Of a DNA stretch of 32,000 bases, positions 29,196 through 32,000 are shown piece after piece. The stretch is taken from NCBI GenBank assembly GCA_965225735.1, contig CBDDBN010000025.1, forward strand, positions 169,963 through 201,962, given 5' to 3'. Source of the stretch: Denitrobaculum sp. (GTDB lineage Bacteria > Pseudomonadota > Alphaproteobacteria > Kiloniellales > Kiloniellaceae). The notes below the pieces were generated by a model. It saw nothing but the letters and a program-made list of their open reading frames with translations. It ran no database searches and had not been told where the DNA came from. Position 1 is the stretch's first letter. Each line of letters opens with the position of its first letter. The position numbers and the translations under genes were made by a program.

Positions 29196-29234
29196 CCGGC
29201 GGTGACGTACAAACCGGAGCTTGACCGAAACACT

Positions 29235-29259
29235 CGCGATTAGACAACATAATACTTAA
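29235..29259 (+). repeat. Right copy of the flanking imperfect direct repeat (cgcgattagacaacataatacttaa)
   Basis: See the left copy at 27654-27680. Confidence 0.6.
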
Positions 29260-29302
29260 CTCAGCGCTCCTGCTCAGGTCTCAAAAAAGATTCTTAAGGT
29301 TT

Positions 29303-30015
29303 CTAGCGGTGAACGCAACGCTCCGCGTCGGGCATGTGCGGCGGTAAGGCACGCTGTAGGACTCGGGCGGTGGCAACGACGTAATCAGCGTCCGGCTGTG
29401 ATATCAGAGACCCGATGTGAGATATGACGCGATCAGGGGGTTCGAGGTGACCCTCCAATAGAGTTCCTGCAGACCGGGTGTTCGCTCGAGCAAGCCAGGC
29501 AGCCATTCCAGGTATGAACTCAATGCCTAGGCCAGGACGACATCGGCGAAGGTCATCTGGTCCGCAACGCAAGAACCCGACCCCTGCGTCACGATGATCA
29601 CCTCGAAGCGCGGGCTGAACTTGGCAAAGCGCGCTTCGAGTTCGGCGGTTGCGATTTCGACACTGGGCCTAAAGGCGACTTGCATCACAGTCTCGGCGAA
29701 GGCAGCAACGACACCTGCGATCATGTCGGCCCACATGGCTTCCGTATCATTGGCGCCGTAAAGCCCGCCCCGCCGCGCGAGATAGCGGATCGTCGCGGAG
29801 GACTGACTGGGGTGATGGCCGTCCAGCTCCAGCAAGGGCATCTGGTCAAAGTGAGGTTTGCCGGATGCGCGCAGGTCCGCCGGTTCTGCCGCAGTGTCTA
29901 TGGGCAGATTGACGAAATCGACACCGGTGCCGGTCAGCGTTTCCGAAGTAACGCCGTGATCACGAAAAAAACCGAAGAAACCTTCGTTACCTAGAGTACG
30001 GGTGCCAAAAAGCAC
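29303..30015 (-). pseudogene. Glutathione S-transferase, disrupted by a frameshift
   Basis: ORF 29527-30015 carries GST-like N-terminal and central blocks (HFDQMPLLELDGHHPSQSSATIRYLARRGGLYG, ...CVADQMTFADVVLA) and then stops. The expected C-terminal block (LGIEFIPGMAAWLARANTRSA) continues in another frame in ORF 29303-29572. An in-frame TAG lies directly upstream of the GTG start. Confidence 0.55.
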
Positions 30016-30136
30016 CTAGGAGAACGAAAACCCTTCTCGGAAGGTAGGTCGCGGACTCACACGAGAGAAAACCTCGGTCTGCCTGACGTGGAATTGGAAG
30101 AAATCGACTGTCTTTTCGCAGGGAGCACATAGATTC

Positions 30137-30718
30137 ATGACCAGAAAAATACTCGGCCACTATCTTGCACTTGGTGTCATGCTGATCGCCATACAGTCTG
30201 CCAGCGCGGCGGAGAGCGGTGATAAGAGCGACTTACTGTTGCTCGAGAAATTCATAACCAACGCAAAGGGTGTTCATTTTTATACTATTTTCACACCGAA
30301 CTCCAAATGTCGTAAGATGAAGGTGGTCGAGCACACCCCCGGCGATAACGTCAGGTTTTCAGTCACCAATGGAAATTCGGAAGGTTATTTCGGCGTCGGC
30401 GGCCGCAATGGCTATACCACCTATTTTCCAACCGTAACGGATGTAGAGAGATCCGGAACGATCAGCGACTCAAGAGCGATTCAGTGCGCCAAGTTTCCAG
30501 ACTATCGGAAAGCCGCGTACTCGAAGTCGATTAAGACCAAGGAGGGCATCCCCTTCGTATGGGTATTTAAAAACGTCCAAGGCTTTTGTTTGCGAAAGTC
30601 TGTGCTTCCCGGCTGCAGGGTCTCGTGCTTGCAGCGCGTGCCAGAGCAGAGGGATGTTTTTGCCATCGCGATGACAAAGGAGGTCGCGGAAAAAGTCTCC
30701 GGTGGGCAGTGCTACTGA
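30137..30718 (+). CDS. Secreted hypothetical protein (6 Cys in the mature part)
   Basis: 193-aa ORF with a signal peptide (MTRKILGHYLALGVMLIAIQSASA|AE) and lower G+C. I recognised no family. The overlapping antisense ORF 30470-30820 is less plausible. Confidence 0.55.
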   Translation: MTRKILGHYLALGVMLIAIQSASAAESGDKSDLLLLEKFITNAKGVHFYTIFTPNSKCRKMKVVEHTPGDNVRFSVTNGNSEGYFGVGGRNGYTTYFPTVTDVERSGTISDSRAIQCAKFPDYRKAAYSKSIKTKEGIPFVWVFKNVQGFCLRKSVLPGCRVSCLQRVPEQRDVFAIAMTKEVAEKVSGGQCY

Positions 30719-30757
30719 ACAAGAGGCGGCATACATTCGTCCTACCAAGCCGCGTAC

Positions 30758-30799
30758 GACCCGATCGGCCTTAGCTTCTTCAGAAAGACCGATCGGGTC
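30758..30799. terminator. Candidate bidirectional terminator hairpin between convergent genes
   Basis: A perfect 11-bp stem (GACCCGATCGG at 30758-30768 pairing with CCGATCGGGTC at 30789-30799) with a 20-nt loop. A short T run (agattcagtttt) follows on the plus strand. The loop is long for an intrinsic terminator. Confidence 0.35.
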
Positions 30800-30887
30800 A
30801 GATTCAGTTTTGTGAATCAAATCGACAACCGACGCACAGCTTTGAACCTGCCCTCAGCTTCAGACCTCTGCGAACCCAATACATCGC

Positions 30888-31412
30888 TTAATGTCGGACG
30901 ATTTTATAGGTTTTATCAGAGAGGATCCACTGATTGGCTGTGTCGGGATAAAGATCGCCACCCTCGGCGCCTAGCTTTTTGTAAAAGGCCTCCGCTTCAT
31001 CATCGAGGGGTGCAAATGTTATGTGCCCCTTTTTCGCTTGATCTAACTCACAAGAACGTCTGACGGCCTCTTGGACCAAAGCCTGCCCGACACCGTTTCT
31101 TCGCGCGCTCGGCATGACCAATACACCGATGATCTTGTTTTCGCTCATTGCAAGCACGCCGGCCAGTTTTCCGTTCAACCGGTACAAACACAAGAAATCT
31201 ACCGCATCGGCTTCCATGTAGATGAGTCCCGCAACCTTTACGACTTTAGGGTCCTGCAGGTCCTCTGGGTTTTCATTGATTCTGCTTTCTATAAAATCGT
31301 ATGTCTTCCTGGATCGCGAGTCGGTCTTGGTTAAGATGCGGAAAAACGGCGCACCATTGATCCAATTGGGATCCCACTTTTTAAGTCTCTCAATATCATC
31401 TAAATCGGACAT
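30888..31412 (-). CDS. GNAT-family N-acetyltransferase
   Basis: 174-aa ORF. Motif A is IIGVLVMPSARRNGVGQALVQEAVRRS (the Q/R-x-x-G-x-G/A acetyl-CoA pocket), and a late FYKKLG block is typical of GNATs. Confidence 0.8.
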   Translation of the reverse strand: MSDLDDIERLKKWDPNWINGAPFFRILTKTDSRSRKTYDFIESRINENPEDLQDPKVVKVAGLIYMEADAVDFLCLYRLNGKLAGVLAMSENKIIGVLVMPSARRNGVGQALVQEAVRRSCELDQAKKGHITFAPLDDEAEAFYKKLGAEGGDLYPDTANQWILSDKTYKIVRH

Positions 31413-31727
31413 CTCAAATTCTCCAATATTGAAAATACATCCCTTCGACTGAGATTAATCCTGTAGTAGAGGCAAGTGACCGTCCGGAAAATCAGATGGA
31501 TACTTTACCAGTTCGACTGCGAATGCAGCGTAACACTAGCCGCGAAGTTCGTCGACGCGAGTGACCTTGCGATTGATTTTAGCCCGAGAGTGAAATTACA
31601 AAGGCAGTTCTGCGAGAGCCTTAGAAGTTCCGGCGGCACGACACACAAGCTCTGGACCTCATCCTGTTGGAATCTTAAGAGGCAGGCCGTAACTTGTACG
31701 TCATTTCTCGACGACACTCCCCCTCCC

Positions 31728-32000
31728 GGCCCTTCAGTGAGGGCTCACTCAAATTTGAGTCCGCACCACAGATTTCCCTCAACCAAGAGGCTGAGATCGT
31801 TCCTGTGCGTTTGACTTCATCACCGGGATTAGGTCGCAAACGGCTTGCAAAGAAAACCGGAATCTTCATTCAATATCAATATTTTAATCACTCTCCAACC
31901 TAAGCCCCTTCGGCTCACTGTCTCCTCACTCCATTTTGAGCGGGCACCACAGATTTCCTCCATCTTTGACACTTACATCGTCACTGAGCGGGAGGCTGTT
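31728..32000. repeat. Two diverged copies of a ~100-bp non-coding element (second copy truncated by the window end)
   Basis: The shared blocks occur in the same order: cccttc, ggctcact, (a)tttgag, gcaccacagatttcc, tttgac, catc, gaggctg. Copy A spans about 31728-31830 and copy B about 31903-32000. The best block is GCACCACAGATTTCC at 31763-31777 and 31944-31958. Confidence 0.5.

Larger units (their letters stand above)
27681..29234 (+). mobile_element. IS110-family insertion sequence (IS1111-like subgroup suggested by subterminal inverted repeats); boundaries approximate
   Basis: It contains an intact DEDD-type transposase gene. It is bracketed by similar 25-27-nt motifs. A 7-bp subterminal inverted repeat lies just inside each of them: TTCGGTC at 27684-27690 and GACCGAA at 29223-29229. 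The ~1.55 kb size is typical for the family. Confidence 0.55.

Noticed and set aside
31728-32000. Possible CRISPR array from the repeated GCACCACAGATTTCC-containing units
   Set aside because: There are only two copies about 170 bp apart. The repeats are imperfect and carry indels, the shared unit is about 100 bp long, and no cas genes are present. This is not CRISPR-like.

Overview
High-GC backbone (sampled line 17221-17280 has 41/60 G+C). The gene content looks alphaproteobacterial, but that is inference and was not searched. A compositionally foreign accessory region starts at about 23.9 kb (sampled line 24481-24540 has 26/60 G+C). Backbone, left to right: a partial ArsR-type regulator divergent from a LysE exporter; an NTF2-like protein; chrA translationally coupled to a rhodanese-ChrB fusion; a class-C-like serine hydrolase; a 55-codon membrane ORF missing from the ORF track. 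Next comes a minus-strand operon (PotA-like ATPase, Tat-signal binding protein, two permeases, Asp/Glu/hydantoin racemase) with a divergent GntR regulator and a perfect palindromic operator candidate. Then a phosphite-oxidation locus (phnCDE/ptxABC-like importer divergent from ptxD plus a LysR gene, with a Pho-box-like site), and the aerobic cobalamin block cobU-cobW-cobN-cobO. Accessory part: a secreted, hyper-basic histidine-rich (K/R)(K/R)FGH repeat protein divergent from cobU; a 544-bp ORF-free AT-rich spacer; an orphan two-gene module (936-aa lipoprotein with a coiled-coil region and two C-terminal IPT/TIG-like domains, plus a 64-aa degenerate cold-shock-domain protein). After that come an intact IS110/IS1111-type element with subterminal inverted repeats and a thrice-repeated ~20-27 nt motif, a frameshifted GST, a secreted Cys-containing orphan, a GNAT acetyltransferase and two diverged copies of a ~100-bp repeat at the window end. 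I saw no rRNA, tRNA, CRISPR array or integrase. The best candidates for something undescribed are the lipoprotein/CSD-like pair and the His-rich repeat protein. All family assignments come from reading the translations and from memory of the families; nothing was searched.
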